Of a DNA stretch of 64,000 nucleotides, positions 37,940 to 51,581 are shown one piece after another. The stretch is from Dimorphilus gyrociliatus. Its lineage: Eukaryota > Animalia > Annelida. The first letter of the stretch is position 1. Each line of letters opens with the position of its first letter. Where the stretch lies: contig CAJFCJ010000013.1 of NCBI GenBank assembly GCA_904063045.1, forward strand, positions 356,623-420,622, written 5' to 3'. The notes beneath the pieces are model-generated. The model saw only the letters and a list, made by a program, of their open reading frames with translations, did no database searches and was not told the DNA's origin. Both the position numbers and the translations under genes were made by a program.

Positions 37940-38579
37940 TCTTATCCTTGTGGTTAGCCTCATAATTTTGTATATATTATGGCGGATAATACTTTAAAAT
38001 GATTTAATCGCGAACGATTATTAGCCAACGTGTCTTTCGTTGATGTGCTTTATATCGTCTACTACTAACCGGATGTTGGATACTTGCTTTTCCAGTTCCG
38101 CAGAAAATTAATAAATGTTTTTTTTTAAAGTTTTTAAAAAATTTGTGTTACGATTAATCGATAGATTGAATATTCTTTTATTTTTTATCATGTCTAATGA
38201 AGAATGGAAAATGTGATTTAAAGAAGTTGACAGGAATTTAACACCAACTGTTTATTGTCACGTGACTATAGGTGAGCGATCGATCGAAGTTAGCATAGAA
38301 TCGATTTTAGACTCTTTAATTTCACATTTAAACGCTGGACTAAAAGTTCAATAGAGTGTTCAGGGGGTCATTATATTACGATCGGAAAACATTGGTAACC
38401 TTTTACGAATTTCTGTTCAATCTTTGCAAGCATATTTTGAATAGTAGTACCTGGAATTCATATCGGTCAATGTAAGTATCGATTTGAGGATCGAAGTCGA
38501 TTATCGCTCACTCATATTGTGAACTTCACTCGGTGGCGCAGACGCAGTTGATTATTTGGCTGTTTCAAAAAAGACAATA
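37940..38579. promoter_or_regulatory. Bidirectional promoter region pelota / NHERF
   Basis: About 640 bp between divergent ATGs; ETS-like ACCGGATGT 38068-38076; palindromic GTCACGTGAC 38257-38266; CTCF-like TCACTCGGTGGCGC 38526-38539. Confidence 0.5.
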
Positions 38580-41313
38580 ATGGCTCTAGAAGAAGGACAC
38601 ATACCACGTTTATGCCATTTGAAAAAGTGGAGTGATTTCCAAGGTTATGGCTTTAATTTGCACGCTGAGAAATCCAGACAGGGGCAATTTGTTGGTAAAG
38701 TAGACGATAATTCCCCTGCCCAAAGAGTTGGTCTTAGAGAACACGATAGAATTGTTGAAGTTAATGGTGTTAATATATCAAATGAAAATCACCAACAAGT
38801 TGTAAATAGAATTAAGGAGACTCCTAATGAGACTCGTTTATTGGTAGTTGACAAAGTAGCTGAAGAATACTACAAGCAAAAGGATATTGTCATCCATAGT
38901 AATCACGATGATGTAGAAGTTCATATATGTCCTGATACCTCTCAAGAAGGTCAGTAGCACAATCTTAAAATATTATAAAAATTTCACCACTATAATCTAT
39001 AAAACGGTATAACGATGAAAAATTTTGATCTCGACCTATCGTAAATCTGTAATCTACTTGAATCAGTAATTTTACAGATTGATAATAGCCATGGTACAAC
39101 CGATAAAGTTTTTTAGATAATTATTTGTCTATACACGCTCTATATAATGAAAAAGATCAAACAGTTAAAAAAAAAGAGAGAAACCTAATAATAATTTACA
39201 AGTAGAAAGGAATACCACTAGGTTTAGTGACCGTTTGATAACTGTATCGTTAATATCGTGACTCTGCATAACATTATATTATTATAAAAGAAATTTGATA
39301 ACAGAGGTAAAAGTTTATAAAGTCGGAGAAGCAGCATCACAGGTCACAGCTGAGGTGGAGCTGAATCATGAGCCGGAAGTAAGTGACTCTTTTTAATGAA
39401 CTAATATATGCTTCTTTGTCATAAACCAATACATAATTATCTAACGGATCGACACGGATTGTAAAGATCAGTCGATAAAATTCAAAAGCTCATATTTAAT
39501 GAAATTGAATAATCTTTTACTTTTTTTTAAAGAGGGATGATAAAGTTGAAGTGAACAATCATCCAGATGTTATCGAGTCATCTACCCCTGCCGAAGTGAG
39601 TTAAATACTAAATAAACAATTAAATACTAGCAGCAAATTGAAAGCGATGTCTTTTTATTCTTTTATTGAATTTGGTTTTATGCTGTTTAAATAACTGAGT
39701 GAATAGATTGTTTGAATTTCGCTTTCTTTTTGTTTTAAATTGACTACTTTCATTCCAAAATGAAAGTAAAAACAAAAAAAAAAAAATCAAGGAGAAGCAT
39801 AAAAATTGTATTAAAAAGTTACAAAAATTTTTTATTATTTATCAATGATAAAAATCGATAATTTCCTATCCGGAAATAATTGTACTCGTTGTTTCAAGCG
39901 TCAAGATGTTGCTAGAATTGGCCAGTTAAATTGCATGCTGTATCAGCCGCTTATGTGATAAAGTGGCAGATTTAAGTGTTGTAGCGTTTTATGGCGCTTT
40001 TGTGCATGCTCTTACATGTCATTGCAGGTGCAAGCAGTAAGTGACATCCCACCAGCTGAAGAACCAAAAGTTGATGAGCAGCAGTTAGATGTACAAAAAC
40101 AAGAAGAAGAGCCTGCTAAAGAGGAACCAACGAGCGAGTCAAATAACAATGAAGATGAAAGAGCGGAGAAAGTGGTAGAGGTGTGCATGAAATCTTATAC
40201 CTTCTTTTTGATTCTAACAAGAAGAGTAATATATGCTATGTTCTAAGCACCGCGCTTTATCTCTTTTTGTCTGTCTTTATGCTTATATTTTTTTCGCTAT
40301 TTTTTTAAAACGTGTCCTACTCGCGATTCGTGTTTTTTAGTTTTTTTTTTCAAAATTATTAACTGGTTATTGACTCGGTTCAAACTGAAAACCAAAAAAA
40401 TTAATGGAAAAAAAAGCGAAATATTATCATATATTAAAAATAGTACTGCAGCATGAGTTTTATGAAATTTTAGGCAGCAGTCGTGGCTGCAGCTATTATT
40501 GTGGAAACTGAGAAAGGGGAATATGAAGTAAATGGCATCAACGATAAGAAGGATGAGACCAAACTAGAGGAGCAAGAAGTTATTGATGACCTAGAGAATT
40601 TAGCAATTGAGCAACAGAAATCATCGCGATCGTCGACTGTTTCTTCGACAGCTTCTTTAGATGTAAACGGCCAAAAGGAATACGATCTATCGACGGCTGT
40701 TAATCCACCAGAAGAAGATACTGCAGTTTGTGTTACTGCCATTAAGTCTGAGGTGACTCAATTCACGTTCCATAAATCTCAACTATGGATGATTACCCTT
40801 TCATAAACGAAATGCTTCTCTTATTTTTCATTGCTTATTTACAATTGATTACTGACCTTTTATCCTCAATAATTAATTAATGATTTGTTTTTTTATTACT
40901 ACTATTATTTTGGTGGTTTATGGTTCAGACTCGTTTCACTCTATAAAAGTTGATTTATTTTTTTTCTCAAATTAGAAAAAAGTTTTTATTCGCCAACTTA
41001 ATCATGATCTTTACAAAACATTAAATGTGTAATTTATTTTCTTTATATTTAATAATTGAAGTGTTAATCGTGAATTTAATTTTTTTTAATTATTTATTTC
41101 TAATAGAATCCGGCATCGTATACAGATAATATTCAAGAGGTTCAAAGAGCGACTGATGAAACAATGGCCAACTCAAGACATTCTGTAGTTGTCGGCGGTG
41201 TAGAATTTGCTGGCTCAGTTAGAGAGGCACGCGAAAAGATGAAAAAGAAAACAGACGTTCGAGGGGGACAACAAAATATGAGAGAAAAATATGATCTATT
41301 AAATCGTCTTTAA
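38580..41313 (+). CDS. NHERF: NHERF/EBP50-family scaffold with one PDZ domain, acidic linker and C-terminal ERM-binding motif, 6 exons
   Basis: PRLCHLKKWSDFQGYGFNLHAEK, DNSPAQRVGLREHDRIVEVNGVNISNENHQQVVNRIK; in-frame exons near 39306-39378, 39531-39595, 40029-40181, 40473-40752, 41107-41313; ends NMREKYDLLNRL. ATG at 38580 (the ORF track starts at an upstream TTG). Confidence 0.9.
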
Positions 41314-43130
41314 TGGATCATTCAAACCACCTAAAATTAGTTTTGAAGATAGCAAAAATTAAAAATAATATTTTAGTTATGGAAAAGACTTATTTAGTAA
41401 AATTCTTTTGTGATATAAACAAAAACATTACAAAATTGGTTATTTTTGCGTATGATTCCGATATTTTCACATTTTTACGGACCACTTAACTAGTTTCTCT
41501 GTGTAGAAACTTTTCTGCTGGACCAAGGGATGTCATTAACTTCGTTCTTTATTGCTCTTTATCCACTGATCGGCTGCATAATGCTAAGTAATTTTCTCAA
41601 AAGGAATAATTTTTTCTATTAGTATATGCAAGTATTTTAGAATAAATAAATATAACAATTGTATATACAGTTATATACAGTTTTTTCTACGCTTAACATT
41701 TCATCTTATAACAATTTGAACTGTTAAAATGGTCTATTTAATTTTTTGAATTTGTATTTTGTAAAGGTATTTATTCATTCCATTTCCTTGTCTTCCCTTG
41801 TTTTAATGATCGACCTATTCGCTTCCGTTTTTTTAATACTTTTTCTCCTTGGCCCGACATTTTGCGGATTACTCATGAATTTTGTCTTTTGACACGAATT
41901 TTTATCTTTTATCTATTGAAAACGATATCAAAAATATAGTCGGTCAGCTTGTGGTGACAGTCTGTATAATGTTCAAATGTGTTTCAATTTTCCATTCAAT
42001 TTCCATTTCAACTTTGACCTAAGCCACAAACTCCTTAAGTTAACAAAGACTCCTTAGAAAATACCGTCCTCGAACCGTTTTTATTCGCTATCTATTCAAT
42101 AACATAAGTTGAGTTTGTCAATTTTCCGACTACCTAATCGTGTTGGTCTTAACAAGGGACGATTAGTTGATCAGCTTAATTAAATTCCATTAGATTAGTC
42201 CTTTTTCGATGTTTAACAAATAATGATCGTTTGGTGTCCTAAATCTCTCGTGCTTTTCAGTCAATCCTCATGGAATGACAACGATTTTGTATGAACATTG
42301 AAGTGGACTTTGATGTTTGTTTGCCATACAGATATTGTAATTTTATGCTTTCCGTCACTAATATAAATTATACTTTGATCCGCTTGAGTAGGTTTGATTT
42401 TATCTAACTGCTATAGCAAAAGTTCGTAGTTAATAGCATAAATGATGTCGTTCACTCAGCTAACGCTCTAGATCATGATACTTTACTTTTAATGTGAAAG
42501 TACGGTACAATAGGTTCAACTTTATCCAATGCTTCGGTCATTACATCGAGTAGATGAAGTATAAAATCAACATCGTTTCCCTGTATTGGATTTTAGCTAA
42601 TAGGCTTAATTCGATTTTGAATCATTTTACACTTAGAGGACTTTTTAAGCGTTCACTCCTGGATCGAGTTGCTTTTTCTCCGGTATAGAGTTCTTTTACC
42701 TAGAGCTAATGAAATATTTTATTCTTATTAGAGTGTAAAGTTTTTATCTTTATCCTTATCTCTACTTCTTCTTTTCGTTGCCCCTCTTTTCGTAAATATT
42801 TTATTCATTAAACAAAAAGTCTATTCAATCCAACAAACAGCGATTCAATGTACAGTATATTTTGTCTTTAAAGAAAAGCTTCATGCTCTCTACAGGTTCT
42901 GAAAGATTGCAGGACAACAAAAACAACAGTATAATTTCTATTGAATAACGTTATAAACAGAAAATATATGCCCTTCTAAAATATATTTTTATCACGGTCA
43001 AGGACAAACGAAAGATAAAAAGGAAAGTATGTGCAGTGTTGCTGGTATACCTTTATAAAAATATACTTTTTGGAAGAGTTTACAATGGTAGAAAACAAGA
43101 AGAAGTATGTATTAATGGGCTAACAGGCTT

Positions 43131-45142
43131 CTATTTGTCATACATCAGCATTGCACCATGATTCGATGAATCTTCCTCACTTTCGTCCGAACAATACTTT
43201 ATACACCCTTCAGGAGGTTGGTCTATTCTAAAATTCATGATAAGTTCACTCTGTTCTTGATTCAAGGGAAATAGGGCGGGTAAAACTTGGAATATATTAT
43301 ATAAGATGTAACCGCCATCGGAGTGATTTTTGTTAATCTCGTAGGTCAGTACTTCTATGTAAAACTGATGTAAAGTCTTGATATTTCTTACATCGGCTAA
43401 TCCTTTGCGTTCTGTTGGGGCGGGGGAGAAAAGGAAAAGATATGGGAAAAATGTTGAAAAAAGAATGGGGAAGGGGTCATCAACGAAAATATTCGAAAGT
43501 ATTTACCTGGTAACATAAGCTGCACGGCGCAAAGAAGAACCAATTCTGATCTTTGTAGGCGGCAGCTATTTATCTGACAAGCTAGTCTCATCATTTCGTT
43601 AACAATGCGTTCAGGTAGGAAATGGCACATCCACCACTTGGAGAATGTCGCTCCGCATGGTAGTCTCATCCACATATCGCCTCTTTCTTCGAATAGCATA
43701 GCATTCATGATTAGCCATACATCAAAGTAGCCCTCCTCCATCAGTGCCTTTTGATCTTTGTATGACAAACCATGGAATCCTGGTATATTTCTACATAGGC
43801 CAAATATATCATCGTTTAACCTATTGATAAATTCCATGAATTCGTCGTACATGTAAACAATTAGTTGTCTATTGGCCTTTTTAATTGTGTTCAAGTGATG
43901 AATTGGTAGTTTACCGGACAATTCTTTATACATTTTCTCTTTACAGTCTTTCATATATTTGGTAAAGCGATTGTCAATTCTCTGGCATATGTCCGTTATT
44001 CTCATATATAATTCGTCAACCTCCTCCTTAGACCTATAGGCTTTAGTTCGTTCAAATTTTACAATATTTGTCAAGTCGAGTTGAGCTTGTTCGCTTTGAG
44101 TCATTACAATATCTTTCGGCAGTCTAAAAAAGTTGTCGAAAGTGTTGAATTGATCATCTCCAGTAGATGGCATTAGATATGATGGACTTAGGTAAGAATC
44201 AAAGTCAAAGGGCTCGTTATCTTCAGGATTTATTAGCTTGAGCATATCATCATCGTTGAATTCAAGATCATGCTTTTCTAACGAACCTCTAATTTGCTCA
44301 GAATTCTCATAGGCTTGCCGAGGCGCCGCCGCTGCCGTTGTAGAACTAATCGTTGGATTTTGACTGTAAGTCGGTAGTTTGCTGGGGAAAACGCTATGAA
44401 TCGCTGGTAACGTTTGTCCTGTGGGATTTCCTGGATATAGGCCTTTCGCAGTTGTAATACTCGCCGTCGATTGGGCTTTCATTAGTTGTTTAATCATTTC
44501 GTATCTCCTATTGTCGTCGAGGGATGAGTCTTGCATAACAAGGCTAATCAGTTTCGTACAATTAGTTTGGTCCGTTAAAACGGGAGGGGCGGAGAGAGAT
44601 GGAGGAGGTTGCATGGGTTTATACATGGGAGTAGTGGGAATTGGAGGAGGGGCACTTGGAGGAGCACTCGGAGGGGCATTCGGAGGGGGTTGATATAGGA
44701 ATTGTGAGCCTCCATTGGCATATGTAAGCAGAGGCTGAGGAACAGCAACTGGAGAGGCTATTGCTCCTGTTGAAACATTCATAATAAAATTTCGATTATG
44801 TTGATTTGCACTTGTCGAATCCGCTAACATTCTCGTTGTTTGTACAGCCTCCAGAGCTTTTTCCTTATCCACTTTCGGTATACGACCCATCTTTACCGCT
44901 TCTAAGGACATACCCGCCTGGAGGCATCTCCGAAATCTACAAGCTTTACACCTGTTCCTATTCTGTGGGTTTAGTACGCATTTCTCCCCAAAATAACATT
45001 TATAACTTTCATTCTTGGTGATGCTCCTCTTAAAAAATCCTTTACATCCTTCGCAGGTGGCAACTCCGTAATGAACTCCTGTAGCTTTATCGCTACACAC
45101 ACGACAGTTGCCGAATGGAAACGGCACTACACTCTGCGGCAT
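43131..45142 (-). CDS. Nuclear receptor, subfamily NR1, Rev-erb/E75/E78-like, 638 aa, 2 coding exons
   Basis: DBD CRVCSDKATGVHYGVATCEGCKGFFKRS..CKACRFRRCLQAGMS with C-terminal extension AVKMGRIPK; LBD signature RNIPGFHGLSYKDQKALM; intron 43506-43412 restores LMLPERKGL; helix 11 LPALFPLNQEQSELIMNFRID aligns with Rev-erb LPDLRTLNNMHSEKLLSFRVD. Confidence 0.92.
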
Positions 45143-45412
45143 AACTGGCAAGAGATCGTTCACGAATTAGTTTAAACGCTTAAACAAACAATGACGAATG
45201 TTGACTTAAGAACTAAATGCGCCATATCTAAACAGGCATTTTGATAATAAAAAAAAAGAGTTGACTAAAATATTTTAAGAAAATCCTTAGCGTTTAAATA
45301 AATATATAACGTTAAATATTTATATTACAAACTTTTAATATATATATATATATTGAAAGAGAAAAGAGATAGATGAATTATGTCCATAATACAATATATA
45401 TATATATTGTTT

Positions 45413-45456
<44 letters not shown>

Positions 45457-46563
45457 AGTTACGTTTATCTTTTATCGTCTCTGTTCTACGTTTTAGCCTT
45501 TGTTTTTTTCTTTTCTTTTCTTTCATTATTACTTTAAATACATATTTCCATCTTATAAACTTCTTTACCTTTTATTTTTTTCTTGAGCTAGGCCTATTGG
45601 AATTCTTACACGTTTTCGCCAGATTATTAAATGTTCATTAAGGTCACGTAAACTCTTATACAAACAACTGAATATCGACACTTACCGCCAGCCAACCTCT
45701 GATTGAAAAATGTAAGATCTCAAGTGTTTCGCTTGTCCTCATTTTAAACAGATAACAGCCTCGAATAGGTCTATTTCTCGTTTTATGATAGCTATTATAT
45801 TGCCTTATCTAAGCGATCGATTCCGTTCATTGTCACACATATTGTTAATATAATATATTAATTTATAGATTTTCTTATCGATATTTAAATATTCATGAGA
45901 TAGATAGAAACATAGTTAATATTGTTTTTCATGAACAATATCTAAATATTTCTCTGTATTGATATTTTTTCTACAAATCTTATCTATTTAATAAAAAAAA
46001 AACAAAAGACATGTTGTCTTGTGATTGTTATTAAAATTATATACAATTGTTATCTATGAATACAATAACGCCATCTTGTTCAGATTTTCTACTAGAGTGT
46101 ATTTTCGAAAGAAATTAGAAAAAGCACATAATATTTATTAGCTTAGCAATAGTAATTATGAATTATTTGTTTACTATTGTTAACTTAAGAATTCTATTTT
46201 TGATTTTTATTTACAATTGGTAAAATTTTTTTCTTTATGATCTTTTTTAAAATAAACAAACAAACAAAAAGTAGCATAGTTTTCTCTTCTTTTATCATAT
46301 ATATACAACTAGCACAGAAAGAGAGATTAATGTAAAGTGGTTTTTTTTTTGTTTGTTTTGTTTAATTACATTAATACAATATAATTGGATAGATTTTTGT
46401 TTTAAAGAGATAACTACAGTCTAGCAAAGAGATTCGTGCCAAGCGCCAAAATATAATGCAGATCGACTGGTGTGTATACAAACGCATTACGAGTAAAGAT
46501 TTATATATTCATAAATTATAACTGAACGACGGACGAGTGGTCTTGAACTAAAGTAAAGTCGAT

Positions 46564-46566
<3 letters not shown>

Positions 46567-46602
<36 letters not shown>

Positions 46603-46640
46603 TATATACAGTATATATATATATATATATATATATATCC
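46567..46640. repeat. Interrupted (TA)n microsatellite
   Basis: Directly visible; contains TATACAGTATA at 46605-46615. Confidence 0.9.
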
Positions 46641-47013
46641 TATATTGATCTAGATATAGTTATTTTTATATAATATCTTTAAAATGCCTTCTTTCATGGA
46701 AATAAACAAAAAATAAACAAGAAAAAAATACGGTTTTGACTTAGTTCGGTAGACAATTTGCATATTATTAGGACACATACAGTACATACAGTATATGCAC
46801 TTGAATGTACTATACAAAAGGGTTTTTATAGATTAACATGTTGTATATGTTAATCCCTTCATTTTTTGTAAAATGTGACTCACTAATTTATGATTGGCGT
46901 TAGAAGAGCAAAAAAAAAAGAAAGAAAATAAAATAATAATTCAATAATCACTCGATAGCGGAAAAAAAAGTAACATTTTTTTTTTAAAGCAAATTTCTTC
47001 AAGAAACGCTCGC

Positions 47014-50000
47014 CTACGCAGTTGATTCTTTTAGATTATCGAAATAGGTCATCAATTGGTGATAGGACAGATTTGATAATTTCTGCCAGCTGTCCTCTTC
47101 CGATTCAGAAACAATAGGGTTCGAAGTTATTCGAACTGAGCATTCAGAGCCTTTGTAGGTTGAGATAACCGAATTACGATTGGAGGATGTCGGTGGAGAA
47201 GAGGGCGTAGAGTTCGATGCAGATGACGTCGATATATTAGCGTTAAAATCTTCTTGTGGTAGTAGACTGCGGCTGCAACGAGTATCGATCGCGTTGCGTT
47301 CGAGCGTCTCTCGGCCAATCCATACCCAATCGTGAGCCGTTGTGTCGGCCGATGATTGCACGACTTTGCCACGTCGATACCGTAATACGAATATAAAGCA
47401 ATTCGCAGCAAAGACAACTATGGCTATACAAAAGACGGCTAGCAAGATGTACATACCCAACTCTAGGGAGGTGACTCGCTTGCCTTCGTCTCCCACATTA
47501 GAATTTATAGCCGCTGCTTTGGCTGCTGATTGTTCATTCTGTAATTGTGCCTCACTGGCGGCAGCGTGTCGGTTGCCTCCATCTTGAGCGGCGTCACGCT
47601 GAGGTTGTGGATCAACGACGTCGGCGTCTATTAATACTTTTGTTTTTGCTAGCGGAATTTTGCCGCAGCGACTATCACTATAAACTGTAACTGATATCAA
47701 TTCTCCGATCCCTATGCCAAAACCTCTCACCATTGGTGTTGTAGACTGTCCATTTATCACTTCAAGAAGTTGTTCATCTTCACTTACTGTTGTAACATGT
47801 ATGTGACGAGCATCAACATCAGTCACCAGCTCTCTTAAACCATCCGAATAATGTAAGGTGATAATAAGAGACGCTGTACTTTCCGATCGAACTAGTCTGC
47901 CCTTGCGCCTAATATTAATAGCTAACGTTGCGTGCATTCCCATTTCTGGTTTGACGTCAACCGATAGTGAAGAGACAGGTAAAGCGCTTACTTTATCTAC
48001 TGTAACTTTACCCTCTACCTCAAGAGATGCCTTTCCGAGACTGAGTCCAGTGAGAGATTTGGCAATTAACCTGGTTCTACCGTTCGCCAACCCTCTTACA
48101 AATACTGCACCATTCTTTTTTCGCCGTAAGGTTGCCACTCCTCTGTCTGTTAAACTTAAAAATCTTTGGACAAGATGAGTTATATCCATATAAGCCTTTC
48201 CAGCAACGTAATAAATTTTTTCTCCATCTTCTTCAATATAGAATCTTGTGTAGACCTTTACGTCCGTTTGTTGATACCGTAGATTGCACTTCTTCTCCAA
48301 TTTCCATCTCTTTATCTCACTCAGCCGGCTGTCGGATAGGACTATCTTGACCGGCAATTCTGGCTGCCAGACTCGTAGGAAAACAATGGATGTATAAGAT
48401 AGATATTTGGCTTCGACGCTAACTAAAGCTGAGTTTGCTTTGACTGGATCTAATCCAATGTATAATTCTTTGCATTTTCTCACCTTTGTATGGGAATAAG
48501 TTTTGATTATAAATATTGGAACAATATTTATTGCATAGGGGATTTTGTTTATGTATAAAATTAACAGGATATCTCACATTTAGTATACGCATGTCCCCTG
48601 AGGAGCATTCACTTTTTAGGGTTACATCTGTAACTCTGCCAGTATTGAGAGAGACTTTATATATTCTGATCGGCCATCGAGCTTCCTTTCCACTCAATAC
48701 AGCTGTATTGAATAATTCCTTCGTCTGAAAGAGCACAAAAACCTATTAATCATTTATTTTGATATGATTTAACGGAAAATCGGGAATAGCGTAAAGGATT
48801 TACAAAGAGAAATAAAGGGTCGCCATAGGCCAATATAGCTAATATATACCTTGATAACAGGGACTATAGTCGTAAGGGGCATTAAAGAGAATTTCTCGAT
48901 TATACTCCTCCTACGACTTTTCAGATTCGTCAACGTCAAATGAGGTCGACGTTTAAGCGTCTTTACATTATCCATTTTCAAAAGCCAATCGAATACATGC
49001 ACAGATCTGTTAGATAATCAAAAAATTCAATAAGCGAAAAAGTGATAGATAGTTGTCAGATGTTCTGGCCTTGGTAAATATATGTAGATATCAAAACAGC
49101 CAGAAAGTGAGATTGAGCGAGAGATGAGACGGGAGACAGGCAGTAAAGAGATATAGAATGAAAGAAATAAAGAGAGAGATAGATTGATATATAGATAGTT
49201 ATAAAGATAGGCAGGCAGATGGATAAAGAAAAAATAGGTAAAGTTGAAAAAGAAGTAGGGACAGGAGAAAATGATCGATAGAGAAGAAAAGAGCGATGGT
49301 ATCAGGCACCCTGCATGTAATATAAACAAGGCGTACGTAGTGGATTCGAGTAATTCTTTAAAGGGTAATGCGTTATGGTGGAGAGATTGTCATAAACTAT
49401 CAGCGTATCTTGTTAATATATAATAGTTGGTGAGTGAAATTGAATGTTGTGAGTGGAAAAAGGTCGAGCTATTTGAGTGAATAGTGGTAGATAACGAAGC
49501 TAGAAAGAGAAATATGGCAAACCTGCTATCTTCAGATTCTTTACATCTTGCAATAACTTTTACTTCATCTCTCTTCCTTCTTTTCGTTTTTGTGACCTCT
49601 GTTGTCCAAGTGTGCGTCTGCGTTTGTACAGCCAATATTTTCAATCCGTGCTTTCCTCTTGCTCTTATAACTGCGTTCCCACAAAAATTCGATTTAGCGT
49701 AGACGCCTACTGTAAATTTACTACCGGGCGCTACTTGATGTTGGGGAATGTGAACGACGAGGCCGTCTCCTAATTGTATTTCCTTATACGAAGTTTGTAA
49801 AAATTTCAGACGTACGCTGCCAATAAGCGATTTCCGACTAGAGTTTTTAGAGCAGGAAGAAGACCGTTTATCAAACGAAGAAACTTTCTGATAAATAGGT
49901 ATTGCTGATGATACTGAGAAAAAGGAGACTGGCAGAGTAATTTTTACGAGGATAGTACCCTTCATAATGGCCTCTGATGATAATATTGAATGGCCCTGTT

Positions 50001-50829
50001 CGATAATAGCCTCAACGCATATGGGCTCACTTGTTGGAGCATGGAAAAGAACGTCAACGAATGGACGAATGCTGGATATCGGTTCCTTTCCAATAATATG
50101 AGCTGTAACCCCGTCTGATGGATGAGTGCTTTCGTTACCGAATGCTGCCTGAAGCGTTTCGTTACCAATTCTAACCGACGTCTCTATCGATCCGGAACCT
50201 ATTGCCAACGTTGGATCGTTAGGGGAGGCAGTTAGGGCAGTATGAAGCTGTAGAAACGACGGATCGAGTGAAGGTGTTAAAGGCTTTAATAAGTAAGCAT
50301 CTTTAGGTAGCGTCAAGTTTACTGGGAAATCTGCTAAACTTCCTGTTCAATGAATAATAATTAGGTTATTTATACAGGTGATCTAATAGGGGAAAAAAAA
50401 GCAGCGCCCCGCTGAAATACTAAACTGCTGATCGATCGAATGTCAAATAGTCAAAAAATACAAAAGTAGCTACTTAACAAAAAGAGATAAATAGGAAGTT
50501 ATTGCCTTAGGTTAATTCAAGTACAGCTATAACAACTAAATAATAAAAGTTTCGGTTTTGGGACTCTTGCAGTATTTTCAGCCTATAGGGATTTCTGCGT
50601 CTGCATGGTAAATTAGCTATATAACTGTAGGGGCCTAGCCAATATACTGTTTGGATATAAATATATGTATACTGTTTATTGTTTATAGATGTATATACTG
50701 TATATATAATTTTTTTTTATGAAGATAAATATAGGAAATATATGATAAAATCTGAAGATAAATAGACTTTTAAAAATATATCCTGTTTATATTTATATAT
50801 ATTTAAATATATTTATAAATACAACTTAA

Positions 50830-50871
<42 letters not shown>

Positions 50872-51581
50872 TCTGAACACCAACGCTCACTCATTAATCA
50901 TTTATTGACGGAGAAAGCTAATGATATTACTGTTGGTCTAGTACATAGAACACACGTATGCGCCCTAAATGTTAACAGGCTTTGGCTACCCCCATCTTAG
51001 AGAAGTAAAGGAAAGAAAATAGAACGGTACACATACACAAAGTATTATCTTCTTTACTTGATTATCTCTCATCCTTTTTTTCCTTCCTTTTAACTCTTTT
51101 TTTTTTCAATTACTTTTTCGAACGTTTTCGATAATGATTTATAGAACAAAAATTAATCGATTCTAATTACGTAAACAAACTCAGCATGGAACCAGCGATT
51201 GTGCGACAAATAGAACTAGTTTTTCTTTATTTTCTTTTTGTTTATAGATGTCAAAGAGTCAAAATAATACGATGCTCTAATATTACCCATACCAGTATCC
51301 TACACTTATATCCTAATAAACAGGCGATATAACGTGACCCCATTTTTTATATAGTTTGGCACGTTAGTAAATCAATATGCCGCTTCTGATTGTAATAGAC
51401 AAATGAGAAAAGAAGAACATTGACTAAAAAAAACGGAAGCCGGTTAAGTAACTACGTTAATGATAAGAAATTATCTCCTATAGTAATTAATGTATTTTAA
51501 AAAATTCTTCGTACCATGACAGGAAAAGAAGATAATGATCCAACGAACGAAGTAGTCTCCCATCATCCTAATTATACGCAT
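47014..51581 (-). CDS. TMEM132: TMEM132 single-pass membrane protein, 5 coding exons
   Basis: Signal-peptide exon 51581-51515 (MRIIRMMGDYFVRWIIIFFSCHG) splices in phase 1 to about 50342-49523; then ELFNTAVLSG, VWQPELPVKIVLSDSRLSEIKRW, YQQTDVKVYTRF, TM LELGMYILLAVFCIAIVVFAANC, HDWVWIG and the C-terminus YFDNLKE. Confidence 0.93.

Noticed and set aside
41900-42700. Decayed LRR-like pseudogene or transposon relic on the minus strand
   Set aside because: Composition is coding-like, but stop density in the best frames is close to chance and no motif is identifiable. A translated search (tBLASTx/HMMER) would settle it.
44421-45021. Antisense ORFs over real genes (also 1720-2025, 27084-27299, 40470-40742, 47342-48350, 53834-54025, 63005-63298)
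   Set aside because: Shadow frames of well-supported coding exons, with no independent motifs.
45635-45650. Autoregulatory RORE/RevRE upstream of the nuclear receptor (ATTAAGGTCA)
   Set aside because: A single half-site lacking the T immediately 5' of AGGTCA; not distinguishable from chance.
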